A stretch of DNA of 64,000 bases. Source: an uncultured Gammaproteobacteria bacterium (GTDB taxonomy: Bacteria > Pseudomonadota > Gammaproteobacteria > JAURND01). The notes under the pieces were generated by a model. It did not search any database. It was not told where the DNA came from and worked only from the letters and a program-made list of their open reading frames with translations. Positions 20,998 to 30,703 of the stretch are shown piece by piece. The stretch lies in the NCBI GenBank assembly GCA_963714975.1, contig CAVQQD010000003.1, positions 448,001 to 512,000 on the forward strand, in the 5' to 3' direction. The first letter of the stretch is position 1. Each line of letters begins with the position of its first letter. The position numbers were made by a program, and so were the translations under genes.

Positions 20998-22206
20998 TTA
21001 CGCAACTTGTGCGCAACTCGCTTCGGTGGGTTCTTGCTTCCTCGAGCGACCTGACTGCGTCTTCTCTCCACAAGCTAGCAAGCGGTGCCCCCGCTCTAAA
21101 ATATTGATCGCGCCAACCACATCGGCATGGTGGCTATAGCCACAACGCACGCACGCAAACTCAGCTTGCGTTTTGCGATTGTCTGCACAAACGTGCTGAC
21201 AGGCAGGACAGGTTCGACTGGTATTTTTCGGATCCACCGCCAGAAAAATGCCACCGTTCCACTCAAGCTTATAAGCTAACTGGCGTCGAAATTCGCCCCA
21301 ACCCTGATCCAGTATGGCGCGATTTAAACCTGCCTTTTGTCTGACCTGGCGACCGTGCTGCTCACAGTTGCCTTTGGCAGATTTCGACATTGCAGCTATC
21401 TGCAAATCCTCAACACAGACGAGCGCGTGGTTTTTGCTAATCGCGGTGCTGGTTTTGTGCAGAAAATCTTGTCTGACATTGGCAATTGTGTTGTGAGTCT
21501 TTTGAACCCGCCTTTGGGCTTTGATCCAATTACGACTAAATTTTTTCTTACGCTTCAAGCGACGTTGATAATGCGCAAGGCGTGCTTGATGTTTTTTGAA
21601 GCTATTCATGGGTTCGACATAGGTCCCATCACTCATCGTAGCAAAACGTGCAATACCCATATCAATACCCACTGGGGTAGTAGCTGTTGGCAAGGGTTGA
21701 CTCTCTTCACGCTCGGTCTGCACTGATACAAACCACAAGCCATTGCATTGCTTGACGATGACATTTTTAATTTTCCCTACTACATCGCGACTGTTGCGAT
21801 AGCGTATCCATCCCAATTTTGGCAGAAAAATACAGTTATTATCTTGATCCAGCTTAAACCCTTGTGGAAAACGAAAACTAGCTGATGAGTGAGCTTTTTT
21901 CTTGAATTTGGGGAAAGCAGCACGGTAGGCGAAGAAGTTTTTAAATGCGCGATCAAGGTCTTTAGTGACTTGTTGCAAGGTTTGGGAGGGTGATTGTTGC
22001 AGGTAGGGCATTTCTTTTTTCCATACTAACAACCAGTGATTCATACCAAAGCTATGGGTAAACGGTTTGTTTTCGGCGTAGAGCTCTTGTTGACGCGCTA
22101 ATGCTAAATTCCAAACCTTACGTGCATTACCCGCAAACTGACTCATCGCGCGTTTTTGCGCACCATTCGGCTCAATACGGAATTTAAATGCTTGCTGGAT
22201 TTTCAT
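20998..22206 (-). CDS. tnpB: RNA-guided endonuclease TnpB
   Basis: RuvC GIDMG / VEDL / [10 protein letters not shown] and zinc finger CPAC..CVRC are intact. Confidence 0.96.
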   Translation of the reverse strand: MKIQQAFKFRIEPNGAQKRAMSQFAGNARKVWNLALARQQELYAENKPFTHSFGMNHWLLVWKKEMPYLQQSPSQTLQQVTKDLDRAFKNFFAYRAAFPKFKKKAHSSASFRFPQGFKLDQDNNCIFLPKLGWIRYRNSRDVVGKIKNVIVKQCNGLWFVSVQTEREESQPLPTATTPVGIDMGIARFATMSDGTYVEPMNSFKKHQARLAHYQRRLKRKKKFSRNWIKAQRRVQKTHNTIANVRQDFLHKTSTAISKNHALVCVEDLQIAAMSKSAKGNCEQHGRQVRQKAGLNRAILDQGWGEFRRQLAYKLEWNGGIFLAVDPKNTSRTCPACQHVCADNRKTQAEFACVRCGYSHHADVVGAINILERGHRLLACGEKTQSGRSRKQEPTEASCAQVA

Positions 22207-22260
22207 GCGACTATTATATTCTGGTCTATGCCAAACTCAATACAGTAAAAAGCGAATCCA

Positions 22261-22461
22261 TCACTTATGTGGAGCTCCACATAAGATCACCAGCAAATCG
22301 TAGTGATCCTGTAAATGTTCGAGCGTTGCTGTGGCTGAACCTTCTACATCGACGTGGCAATGTTTGTCTTTGAACAAACCTTGCGCGGCTTTTGCGGCCA
22401 TTCGGTTGTCTTCGGTTACTAAAATACGTGCGATAGGGGTGCTTTGTGATTGTTGTGTCAT
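22261..22461 (-). pseudogene. Truncated response-regulator receiver domain
   Basis: RILVTEDNRMAAK..YDLLVI resembles the receiver of 41687-43285; breaks at a 22-bp palindrome. Confidence 0.7.
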
Positions 22462-22694
22462 AAAATTCTCCGAGAAATGATTGAATTTGATTTTCTGAAA
22501 GTGTTGCGTAATCAACATGAAAAATGTAGGCAGTGCAGAGGTTTAGTAAGTAATGGCGAAGAGCAATTTCTCGTCATCCCGGCATTCATGCCGGGACAAC
22601 AAAGACACTTCGCCACACCTCACTCCTCTGCTACTGCCTACCCTCTTGTAATGAAAGAATGCCACCAAAAAACCTGCCCCAAGCTCCTACCCAG

Positions 22695-22956
22695 TTCCAT
22701 AACACAGCAAGGACAGGCGAGGAGTGTATACAAGGTAAAAGCCTGTTTGTCCAGGCGCAACAAAGCCGCCTGAATAACAGCAGGTAAAAAAATGAGACAA
22801 ACCTACAGAAAAGAGTTTTACGAAAACTCGTAATGAAGTAAGCTGGACGAGTCATGACTGCCGACCTCCGATGAAGGTTGGGGTTATGGAAGTACCCTCG
22901 CAGATGGTTTGGACATCTGTAGGGCGCGGCCTCAGGTGCGTGAGCATCTGAGGTTT
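22695..22956 (+). ncRNA. Candidate structured non-coding RNA of unknown class (strand uncertain)
   Basis: Long-range TTCCATAAC/GTTATGGAA pairing plus six local hairpins. Confidence 0.5.
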
Positions 22957-23008
22957 CAGTATTATTCAACGGCTTTTGGTTAAATGCAAACTTTTTCTTA
23001 AAAAAAGC

Positions 23009-23671
23009 TTATTTGATTTTTTTCAACAAATAAGCGCATTCATAAAGGTCATGAATTTTTCTTGCCACCCAATGGGACGGAATCTCAGTAATGAACTCTT
23101 TCTCTAGTTGCGTCACACTAAAGTGACTATTAAAAAATAATTTGACATCTTCATATGGAGTAGAAAAGGGAGGTTCCGCGACGTCCGGGGCGCCATGTTC
23201 AAAAACTATCAGTAACATTTTACTATTTAGAGGGATAACAGTTTTTAACCAATTAATATACTGGCTGCGTAATGTTTTGGGTGGTAATGCAGTTAAAGAG
23301 CCTCTATCGTACACGGCCTTAATTTCTGAAAGATGTTGAGAAGTTAAATCAAACAAATCTCCATGGTAAAGGGTACAAGATGCATTTTGATATATTTGGA
23401 AAGAATTATCTTTAAGCTGAGTGATATCAAGTTTGTTTTCTTTAAGAAAATCAGAAATGGCAATAGGGCTTATTTCTACGCCGATTACTCGTTGATTTTG
23501 TTGCATTAGCCAGGTCATGTCTACGCTTTTTCCACACAAGGGAACAAAAACCTTTTCCTGGCTTTGTAGATCTAGAGTTTTAAAATGTTTAATTAGAAAT
23601 CGATGTGGAGTAAGTTGATTAAAAGGGATATTTCCTACTTCCCAACGATTTAGCCAATATTTTTTATCCAT
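23009..23671 (-). CDS. Thiopurine S-methyltransferase family protein
   Basis: VFVPLCGKSVDM, GVEIS, YDRGSLTALP, PPFS. Confidence 0.93.
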   Translation of the reverse strand: MDKKYWLNRWEVGNIPFNQLTPHRFLIKHFKTLDLQSQEKVFVPLCGKSVDMTWLMQQNQRVIGVEISPIAISDFLKENKLDITQLKDNSFQIYQNASCTLYHGDLFDLTSQHLSEIKAVYDRGSLTALPPKTLRSQYINWLKTVIPLNSKMLLIVFEHGAPDVAEPPFSTPYEDVKLFFNSHFSVTQLEKEFITEIPSHWVARKIHDLYECAYLLKKIK

Positions 23672-23696
23672 AACCCCCTCTCCTCCGAAATCTCCC

Positions 23697-25292
23697 CTAC
23701 CCCCGGCACTTCGTCATCCCTCGCTTCGCTCGGGATGACGAAGTGTCGTGGGGGTAGGCGGAATTATGGTTGTACCATAAATCTTTGGCATTTTGGTAAA
23801 GCCCTGTTAGCCATAAGGCATCTCGAAACCACCAGATGTGATCGGCTTTTGCTGGTAAGTTAAAACAATCTAAATTATTTTGTTGTACCAGATGCGTATA
23901 ATGGCAATTCAAGCTAATGAGTTCCTGATATTTTTTTGCATTGATCGCATTATCCCTTAGCCATTGCTGTAAATCTTCAGGAGTGAGCAAATTAAATTTT
24001 TGGCGAAAAAGACGAGAGTAGTGTTCTAAAGATTCTGTGGTAGGTTGCAAATTATATTGCTTAATTTTTTGGGTTAGGAACCACCAGAGCAAGGCAATTT
24101 TATGTAATAAAATGTATTTCATGGGTTCTTGATGCATGAAAAGAGTGATCACTTCTTCAGCAGTGGCTTGCTTATTTGTTGCTAATTGATATTTGCTAAA
24201 ATCTCCAAATAAATACAGGTGTAGCAGTAAATAATCTTGTGGCTCGTCGAGGGAAGTCTTGTGACTTTCTTGTTGCAGCAGGTTGGCAATGCTGTTCATC
24301 CTGGTTAAAAATTCTGTTCTTTCTTCCAGGGTACAATCGTATTTCTTGCAACCATCGCTACGTAATAAATCTTCCGGTATCCCAAGAAAATTTTCGGCTG
24401 CGTTGTTATCTGCAGAAATTACTTCATGACTAAATTGATAAATAGTGCTGAGTAAATAAGCAAGGCGGCGGGCGAGTAAATAGTGATCTTCAAGATGCTG
24501 TGCTTCCGCGGCCACTTTTTCTTGCATAGGCAGCCAAGGGAGGGGATCAGGAAAAGAACTACATAGCATATTTTTTTGTAATACCCGAAAAAAGTTTGGG
24601 GCAGCAGGGAAAGGGTTAGCTACTGATGTTACTACCGGGAGCCTTTGGTGGTGTAACTTTTCTAAAAGCAATTGGGCGTCGAGGCGTTTTTGGTCAACGT
24701 ACCCGCCGTTTTGTAACCACTGCAATAAACGAGTAGCGACAGCAGAATCCAAACCGGCGCCTTCTACAGCTTGGTGTAGATTTCTTGTTCGATAATGCAT
24801 TGATTTTGCGATCTCGATAATTTCGTCAGCGCAGGCTCTTGAGATTATATTTTGCGATGTTGCTTGGTTTAGGCTAGCGCGTATGTTGACCATGGCGTCA
24901 GTGAGAGGTAGGTAGTTTTTATCAGCAGGCGCATGAAGCACAGCTACTTCGTCGTCATCATTGAGACGTTTCTGATAATAATCGGCAAAAATTTTGCCTA
25001 TGCCGACCATGCCAAAATCTGCCAATTCTGCGGCACGTAATGCTCCCATACTACTCGCCCCTAAAACTTGAATGCCTTGATTCAGTGCATATAAAATCTC
25101 CTTATGCCACACGGCTGCAGTATGCTCAAAATAGCCATCAATAATCGCCAGAATTCGTGGCTTGAGACGCAAAGCTTGGAGTATATCGCCACATTTTACT
25201 GGTGGAAGAAAAAAAGCTTGCGGCGCTAGTTTTTGCGCTTCTGCTAAAGGTAACGAAGGGCCTAGAAATACTAGATTAGCGATGTGTGACAT
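23697..25292 (-). CDS. tfuA: TfuA-like protein with long C-terminal extension
   Basis: VFLGPSL, IIDGYF, VWHKEI, GASSMGALRAAEL, DDDEVA. Confidence 0.93.
   Translation of the reverse strand: MSHIANLVFLGPSLPLAEAQKLAPQAFFLPPVKCGDILQALRLKPRILAIIDGYFEHTAAVWHKEILYALNQGIQVLGASSMGALRAAELADFGMVGIGKIFADYYQKRLNDDDEVAVLHAPADKNYLPLTDAMVNIRASLNQATSQNIISRACADEIIEIAKSMHYRTRNLHQAVEGAGLDSAVATRLLQWLQNGGYVDQKRLDAQLLLEKLHHQRLPVVTSVANPFPAAPNFFRVLQKNMLCSSFPDPLPWLPMQEKVAAEAQHLEDHYLLARRLAYLLSTIYQFSHEVISADNNAAENFLGIPEDLLRSDGCKKYDCTLEERTEFLTRMNSIANLLQQESHKTSLDEPQDYLLLHLYLFGDFSKYQLATNKQATAEEVITLFMHQEPMKYILLHKIALLWWFLTQKIKQYNLQPTTESLEHYSRLFRQKFNLLTPEDLQQWLRDNAINAKKYQELISLNCHYTHLVQQNNLDCFNLPAKADHIWWFRDALWLTGLYQNAKDLWYNHNSAYPHDTSSSRAKRGMTKCRG
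23707..23746. repeat. Family A palindrome inside the tfuA 3' end
   Basis: CACTTCGTCATCCC..GGGATGACGAAGTG. Confidence 0.8.
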
Positions 25293-26424
25293 GGAGGTGC
25301 ATTCCTGGGATCAACATATGAATTACCGGGACCTGCAGTGCAGGGTTGGTGTGGTCCACCACGAACATGTGTTCAAACCCCGCATTTTGCAATTTTTGGA
25401 TCAGCGTAGCAATAGTGGCAGAGAATGAAGGTGGAATGGTCGGTGTGGGGCAGGCCTGAAATTCACGTTTCCCAGATCGTTTTGTAGAGCATTGCGGTAG
25501 TTGAGGTGATAAGGAGTAATATTCAGGGAATATATCATCTCTGACCCCGCTGATCCAAGTGAGCCGCGATTGGGCTGCTTCCGAGATTGCGCGCGATAAA
25601 GCAATTGATTTCGAAAGGTGCGTGCCGGTGCCGCTAAAGAGACGCGAACCGCGGGTCAGGTCAGGGTCTTGCAAGACGCAATGAAATGTAGGGATACCAA
25701 GGACATTGCTAATATCCCAAAGATTCATGGTGATTTTGCTATAAGCTATGCGTGCAATTAATTCTCGATTGACGGGACAATCTACTGATTCCAAAATAAT
25801 CTGTGTTGCCTCCTTCTTATGTGGAGCGAGCTGAATCCAGCGAAAAATGCAATCGCGTTCGATGAGTTCATATAAACCATGACAGATCGCTTCTTCCTTG
25901 GTATTGCCGGCGGCTAAGCCATTACTACTAATCGTGAAATAATGACGCTCGGCACAGGGAACTGTAGTGTCTAAATTAATCAATGCGTGGGGTAGGTATG
26001 CAGTTTGTTGGTGCATAAGATCCCAAGCTTTGGTCCAGTTTAGTTGCCATTGCGTGATATCAGGGGCTGAATAAAGCCCAGAGCTGAAAAGCTGTGGCTC
26101 AACTAAGGGATGAGTGCTTGAGAATTCATGATAAGTTCCCAGGAAATCAGGAGGGTTGGCATTTTCTGCATGATAGTTCTCGAGCGATTCCATAATGGCT
26201 GATACTTGTGCCAATTCCCAGCTTAAGCCTTTACCCTGGGAGACTGCAAGATGTTTTGCTTGGGGGCGTATACTTAATGCGACGGGTATTTGTAGCGAGT
26301 CTAGTCCTGTGACATTAGCAATTCGGGTAATACCGACAGTGGGAAGCAATGGCAGAAGAACGGCTAAAGTTTCGCTTGCCGCACAAGTGCGCAGCGTTCC
26401 TCCAAGATCGAAAATTTCCTGCAT
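25276..26424 (-). CDS. YcaO-family protein (TfuA-associated)
   Basis: GITRIANVTGLD, SQGKG, SSNGLAAGN, ELIERD, EAAQSRL..ISGVRDD. Confidence 0.94.
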   Translation of the reverse strand: MQEIFDLGGTLRTCAASETLAVLLPLLPTVGITRIANVTGLDSLQIPVALSIRPQAKHLAVSQGKGLSWELAQVSAIMESLENYHAENANPPDFLGTYHEFSSTHPLVEPQLFSSGLYSAPDITQWQLNWTKAWDLMHQQTAYLPHALINLDTTVPCAERHYFTISSNGLAAGNTKEEAICHGLYELIERDCIFRWIQLAPHKKEATQIILESVDCPVNRELIARIAYSKITMNLWDISNVLGIPTFHCVLQDPDLTRGSRLFSGTGTHLSKSIALSRAISEAAQSRLTWISGVRDDIFPEYYSLSPQLPQCSTKRSGKREFQACPTPTIPPSFSATIATLIQKLQNAGFEHMFVVDHTNPALQVPVIHMLIPGMHLHVTHR

Positions 26425-26500
26425 GGTTTCTCCTTTGAGTATGCTAATATGCTTGACTAAACAGCAATTCTCGCTCTTACTTTGGGATAGGGGGACTCCT

Positions 26501-28000
26501 ATGCTATTTATAGCGTGTTTCAGGTGGTTTTTACCAGCACTTTTTTTACTGGGCGCTATCCTCTTTCCTTCGGTGGGATGGGCAGTTCAGGTTCCACTGA
26601 CACTATTTCCGATAGAAAATTATGATCAAAATGTCGATACTTGGTTATCTCCCAAGGATTCTCATTATGATGTTGCGCTATTGAGTGCTGCTTATCAACA
26701 GCAGCGTTTCGCAGAATTTTTTCGCCATTATTTTTCTACCAAGTCTGATGGTCTGTCACCTTGGAGCCGTTTCTATATAGAGCAAGTTTTTCAGGAGCAA
26801 GGTGGCGTCCAGTCCCTTCAAAAGGAATTATTAGAGCAGCTCAGTAATAAAAATAAGTCTCCTCAATTGATTGGCTATGGGGAAAATTTTCGACCTCATA
26901 CCGAGCAATGGATCGAAAACATTACTCGAAATATGGACTTGCCTGCTTTGGGGAATTTAAAGTTTCAGCCAGCTAATCGCGGTATTTTAGTGAATAATAT
27001 TGCTTTACGAGCTTTGCCGACGCGCGATCCCCATTTTTATTGGTTTGGTTTGGCGGGACAGGGCTACCCCTTTGATAATTTGCAAGTTTCTGCGCTATGG
27101 ACGGGAACCCCAGTCTATATTCTTGGTGAAACTAAAGATCATAACTGGCTCTTAATTGCTGCACCTGGGGTTATTGGTTGGGTAGAGGCGGCTGTGGTCG
27201 CTAGGGCAAATGATAATTTTGTGCGAGTATGGGAGCGCTTGGCGCGTAATCAGCTGATTGCGATTACTCATATCGAAGTGCCGATAGTGGATGCGCGTAA
27301 TCAGGCGTTTCAATTTGCGGCTTATGTGGGTGCAGTTTTTCCCGTATTTGGAGTAGCAGGTAAAGATTTTAAAATACTTATTCCAACTCGTGATAGCTGG
27401 GGTCAAGCGCGCATTCATTATGCGCTAGTAAGCAAGGAACATGCGGTGCGTATGCCGTTATTAGCCACCCCAAGAAATTTTGCCAAGTTGCTAAAAGCGG
27501 TGCAAAACCGTCCTTATGGTTGGGGTGGGATTTATTTCTATAATGATTGTTCTGCTGAGCTAAAAAATCTTTATACCCCATTTGGGATTTGGCTAAACCG
27601 CCATTCTTCCGATCAAATGAAAACGGGGCGGTTAGTAGATTTAGCTAGCGCTTCCCGCGAAGAACGCATTAATTATTTAATTCAACATGGCCACCCTCTC
27701 ATGACGGTGGTTTATATTGGGGGCCATGTTTTTCTCTATGTGGGAAATTATCCGAATCCTCAGGATCCCCAGCGTGCTATTATGGCGATGACCTATCAAA
27801 CTATATGGGGCCTAAAGCCACTCAATCAAGAAGGTCGAGCTGTGATTGGGAAAGCAGCATTCATCCCATTGCTCGCCACCTTCCCAGAAGATCCATCCTT
27901 GATGTCACAAGCAAGCAAATCCATATTTCAAGTAAATTTTATTGATGAATGGCCGGATAAGGCTCAGAGAACAATTCCTGTTTTCGAAAAAGCTTCTTGA
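26501..28000 (+). CDS. Exported SH3 + NlpC/P60 cell-wall peptidase
   Basis: Signal peptide, PYGWGG..DCS, GHVFLYVG. Confidence 0.88.
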   Translation: MLFIACFRWFLPALFLLGAILFPSVGWAVQVPLTLFPIENYDQNVDTWLSPKDSHYDVALLSAAYQQQRFAEFFRHYFSTKSDGLSPWSRFYIEQVFQEQGGVQSLQKELLEQLSNKNKSPQLIGYGENFRPHTEQWIENITRNMDLPALGNLKFQPANRGILVNNIALRALPTRDPHFYWFGLAGQGYPFDNLQVSALWTGTPVYILGETKDHNWLLIAAPGVIGWVEAAVVARANDNFVRVWERLARNQLIAITHIEVPIVDARNQAFQFAAYVGAVFPVFGVAGKDFKILIPTRDSWGQARIHYALVSKEHAVRMPLLATPRNFAKLLKAVQNRPYGWGGIYFYNDCSAELKNLYTPFGIWLNRHSSDQMKTGRLVDLASASREERINYLIQHGHPLMTVVYIGGHVFLYVGNYPNPQDPQRAIMAMTYQTIWGLKPLNQEGRAVIGKAAFIPLLATFPEDPSLMSQASKSIFQVNFIDEWPDKAQRTIPVFEKAS

Positions 28001-28016
28001 AAAATCATTATAATAA

Positions 28017-28095
28017 ATTCCCGCTCATTCCGTTATAGGACCGACGGGTGCCGCAGCGGCAAGACCCGTAGGGGAACAAGGCTTCAGCGGGAATT
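28017..28095. repeat. Family D palindromic repeat
   Basis: ATTCCCGCT..GACGGGTGCCGCAGCGGCAAGACCCGT..AGCGGGAAT. Confidence 0.75.
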
Positions 28096-28104
28096 CCTCA
28101 AAAA

Positions 28105-28626
28105 TCATTTGACTGGATGAATGACGTTTGTGACAATGCCCAAGATGTGAGTTTCGTTTTCAGGTTTTATTTCAATCGCTGAAAATTTACTATTTTCAGG
28201 CAGTAGAAAAACTTGACCACTCTTATTTTTTTTTAAACGCTTTACGGTGAGTTGGCCATCCAGGGAGGCAATAACTATTTTTCCATCGGTAGGTTCCATG
28301 CGGCAGTCTACGATCAAAATGTCGCCATCATGTATTCCTGCGTTTATCATTGAATCTCCGCTGACACGCACTAAGAAAGTTTTTTCAGGATTTTTGACGA
28401 GCAGTTCGTTTAAGTCCATCGTCCCATCAATGTGGTCTTCGATCAAGCTAGGCAAGCCAGCAGCTATTTTCGAAATATAGAGAGGTAATTGATAGCCCTT
28501 GTTAGTAACAAACGACAAAACTGATTTAATTAGGCTTTCTGGAATACGAATAGCTTTAGTGGGCTCTTTAAAACGCCCTTGGCCTTTCGGTCGCCCAGCG
28601 CCTACTCTTGCTCCACCTCGACCCAT
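28105..28626 (-). CDS. umuD: UmuD/LexA-family S24 peptidase with GRPKG N-terminus
   Basis: IAAGLPS cleavage region, VSGDSM, LTVKRL. Confidence 0.85.
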   Translation of the reverse strand: MGRGGARVGAGRPKGQGRFKEPTKAIRIPESLIKSVLSFVTNKGYQLPLYISKIAAGLPSLIEDHIDGTMDLNELLVKNPEKTFLVRVSGDSMINAGIHDGDILIVDCRMEPTDGKIVIASLDGQLTVKRLKKNKSGQVFLLPENSKFSAIEIKPENETHILGIVTNVIHPVK

Positions 28627-28713
28627 AAAAACCTCACTGGAAATATTGTTGAATATTGTACATAATTCAAAACGGAAAATATCGATGTTGATTTTAATAG
28701 AAGGAATAAGAAT

Positions 28714-29385
28714 ATGGTACATATTAAAATTAATGATACGAGGTCTAACCCATCAGCACGAGGAAAACGACTTCGTACTGTGCGTTCGATGGCGGGATTG
28801 ACACGTGATCAGGTAGAAAAAAAGTATGGCTTAAGCGCTTATACCGTACAATCTTGGGAAGCGGCTAGAGCAGGAGGGTTGACTAAGCGCGGAGCCGAAC
28901 GTGTTATTCCAATGGTCCGTAATGAGGGCATCTATTGCACCGTAGATTGGCTGCTGCATGGAGTAGGAGAACCCCCAAGACCCACTTATTTACAGATCAA
29001 CCCCAAACCTGAGCCCGATTATGTTCAAAATGAAGCTTCTACCATTATTCAAGAGCTGTTGCTGTTTCGCTCTCTTAATCGAGATGCCATTGACTTAGTG
29101 GTCAGTGATGATGGGATGGACCCTTTCTACTGCCAGGGAGATTATGTGGCAGGAAAGCGTTATTTTGAAGAGATGATTGCACGTTTAGTGGGCCATAATT
29201 GTATTGTGCAGACAGATAACAACTTGATCCTATTACGTCGGATTAAGCTGAGCAAATCTTCCGGTATGTACAACTTGATTTGTCTTAATCCTGATACCAC
29301 AATAGAGGCTACAACTTTATATGAACAGAAATTGGTCAGCGCCGCTCCAGTGATTTGGCATAGGCGACGTGATCCTGTTACTTGA
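28714..29385 (+). CDS. XRE-family HTH regulator with degenerate S24-like C-terminus
   Basis: N-terminal [21 protein letters not shown]. Confidence 0.75.
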   Translation: MVHIKINDTRSNPSARGKRLRTVRSMAGLTRDQVEKKYGLSAYTVQSWEAARAGGLTKRGAERVIPMVRNEGIYCTVDWLLHGVGEPPRPTYLQINPKPEPDYVQNEASTIIQELLLFRSLNRDAIDLVVSDDGMDPFYCQGDYVAGKRYFEEMIARLVGHNCIVQTDNNLILLRRIKLSKSSGMYNLICLNPDTTIEATTLYEQKLVSAAPVIWHRRRDPVT

Positions 29386-29396
29386 GAAGAGGAATT

Positions 29397-30359
29397 ATGG
29401 AATACAAAGATTATTACCAAATATTAGGCTTAGAAAAAACTGCAACTTTGGAGCAGATAAAAAAGCGTTATCGAATATTGGCGCGCAAATATCACCCGGA
29501 TGTGAGCAAAGAAAAGGATGCCGAAGAAAAATTTAAGCAGGTAAAAGAGGCTTATGAAGTACTCAAGGACCCTAAAAAACGCAAGGCCTATGATCAGCTC
29601 GGTAGTCAATGGCGGGCAGGGGAACAATTTAAACCGCCGCCTGGTTGGCAATGGGATTTTCAACAGCCAGCTGGAGGTGTCGAGGGTGAAGGCTCTACTG
29701 GGTTTGGGGATTTCAGTGATTTTTTTGAAAACTTATTTGGTCAAGGTGTCAGAAGTCGGACTTGGCAGAGAGCTTATAGTCAGAAAGGCCAGGATTTGCA
29801 GAGTAAAATTATCATATCCTTGGAAGAAGCTTTTGCCGGAACTCAGCGAGTAATCCAATTACAAGATCCTGTGTTAGATCCTGGTACTGGGCGAATAGTG
29901 AATAAGACACGTAATTTAAAGATAAAAATTCCGGCTGGAGTGATTGCAGGCCAGCAAATCCGCTTAGCAGGTCAAGGTGGCAAAGGACAAGGAGCCGGGA
30001 AGCCTGGTGACCTCTACTTGGAAATTCAATTGTCAGAACATCCCTGGTTTACTTTAAAAAATCGAGATATTTATTTAAATTTGCCGGTCACACCTTGGGA
30101 AGCTGCCTTGGGAAGCAAAATTTCCATTCCAACTTTAGGTGGTAAAGTGGAGTTGACAATTCCACCGCATTCACAAACGGGTAGTCAATTGCGCTTAAGA
30201 AATCGGGGATTGCCAGGTTCACCTCCTGGTGACCAATATGTGGTCCTGACCATTTATACGCCTGAACCAAAGACGGAAGAGCAGCAGCAGTTGTATCGAC
30301 AAATGGCGCAAGTAATGCCTTTTAATCCACGCGCGGATCATTTTGGATCATCAATCTGA
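29397..30359 (+). CDS. cbpA: Curved DNA-binding DnaJ-class co-chaperone
   Basis: J-domain HPD, no zinc finger, followed by cbpM. Confidence 0.92.
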   Translation: MEYKDYYQILGLEKTATLEQIKKRYRILARKYHPDVSKEKDAEEKFKQVKEAYEVLKDPKKRKAYDQLGSQWRAGEQFKPPPGWQWDFQQPAGGVEGEGSTGFGDFSDFFENLFGQGVRSRTWQRAYSQKGQDLQSKIIISLEEAFAGTQRVIQLQDPVLDPGTGRIVNKTRNLKIKIPAGVIAGQQIRLAGQGGKGQGAGKPGDLYLEIQLSEHPWFTLKNRDIYLNLPVTPWEAALGSKISIPTLGGKVELTIPPHSQTGSQLRLRNRGLPGSPPGDQYVVLTIYTPEPKTEEQQQLYRQMAQVMPFNPRADHFGSSI

Positions 30360-30703
30360 TGAGGAAAGATATAATGAAGCAGGATGATTTAATCAGAGGG
30401 GTTCTTATAGAAAAATCCCATTCACTGACCCTCGAAGAATTTTGTGGTGCGATTCATACCTCGCCAGAAATAATTATCGAAATGGTTGAGTACAAGTTAC
30501 TCCTGCCAGAAGGGGAAACGCAAGATAAATGGCGCTTTGATTCCTTTTCATTACGACGGGGTCGGATTGCATTAAGTTTCTACTATGAGCTAGAGATAAA
30601 TTGGGAAGGGATCGCTCTAGCTGTGGAATTATTAGAGGAAATTGAACAGCTGCGCCAACAAGTTGCCCTATTGAAAATGCAAACTTCTACTGATTTCCGC
30701 TGA
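30359..30703 (+). CDS. cbpM: Chaperone modulator CbpM
   Basis: MerR-like, LEINWEGIALAVELL; follows cbpA. Confidence 0.88.
   Translation: MRKDIMKQDDLIRGVLIEKSHSLTLEEFCGAIHTSPEIIIEMVEYKLLLPEGETQDKWRFDSFSLRRGRIALSFYYELEINWEGIALAVELLEEIEQLRQQVALLKMQTSTDFR

Larger units (their letters stand above)
19731..22260 (-). mobile_element. IS605-family tnpB element copy 1: right end interrupted by IS110, left end lost
   Basis: Near-identical to 39790-41094; TTGA (=TCAA end) at 19731-19734; similarity stops at 22260. Confidence 0.9.

Noticed and set aside
21314-21726. Antisense ORFs conserved in both tnpB copies
   Set aside because: Explained by the high nucleotide identity of the two copies
22697-22889. 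Integron attC site (CCATAAC...GTTATGG)
   Set aside because: About 190 bp is too long, there are no matching L boxes, and no integrase or cassette array is present
22631-22969. 112-aa minus-strand ORF as the YcaO/TfuA precursor peptide
   Set aside because: TTG start, no RBS, no leader/core pattern, and it overlaps the structured RNA candidate
26195-26500. N-terminal extension of the NlpC/P60 ORF
   Set aside because: Antisense overlap with ycaO; the signal peptide begins at ATG 26501
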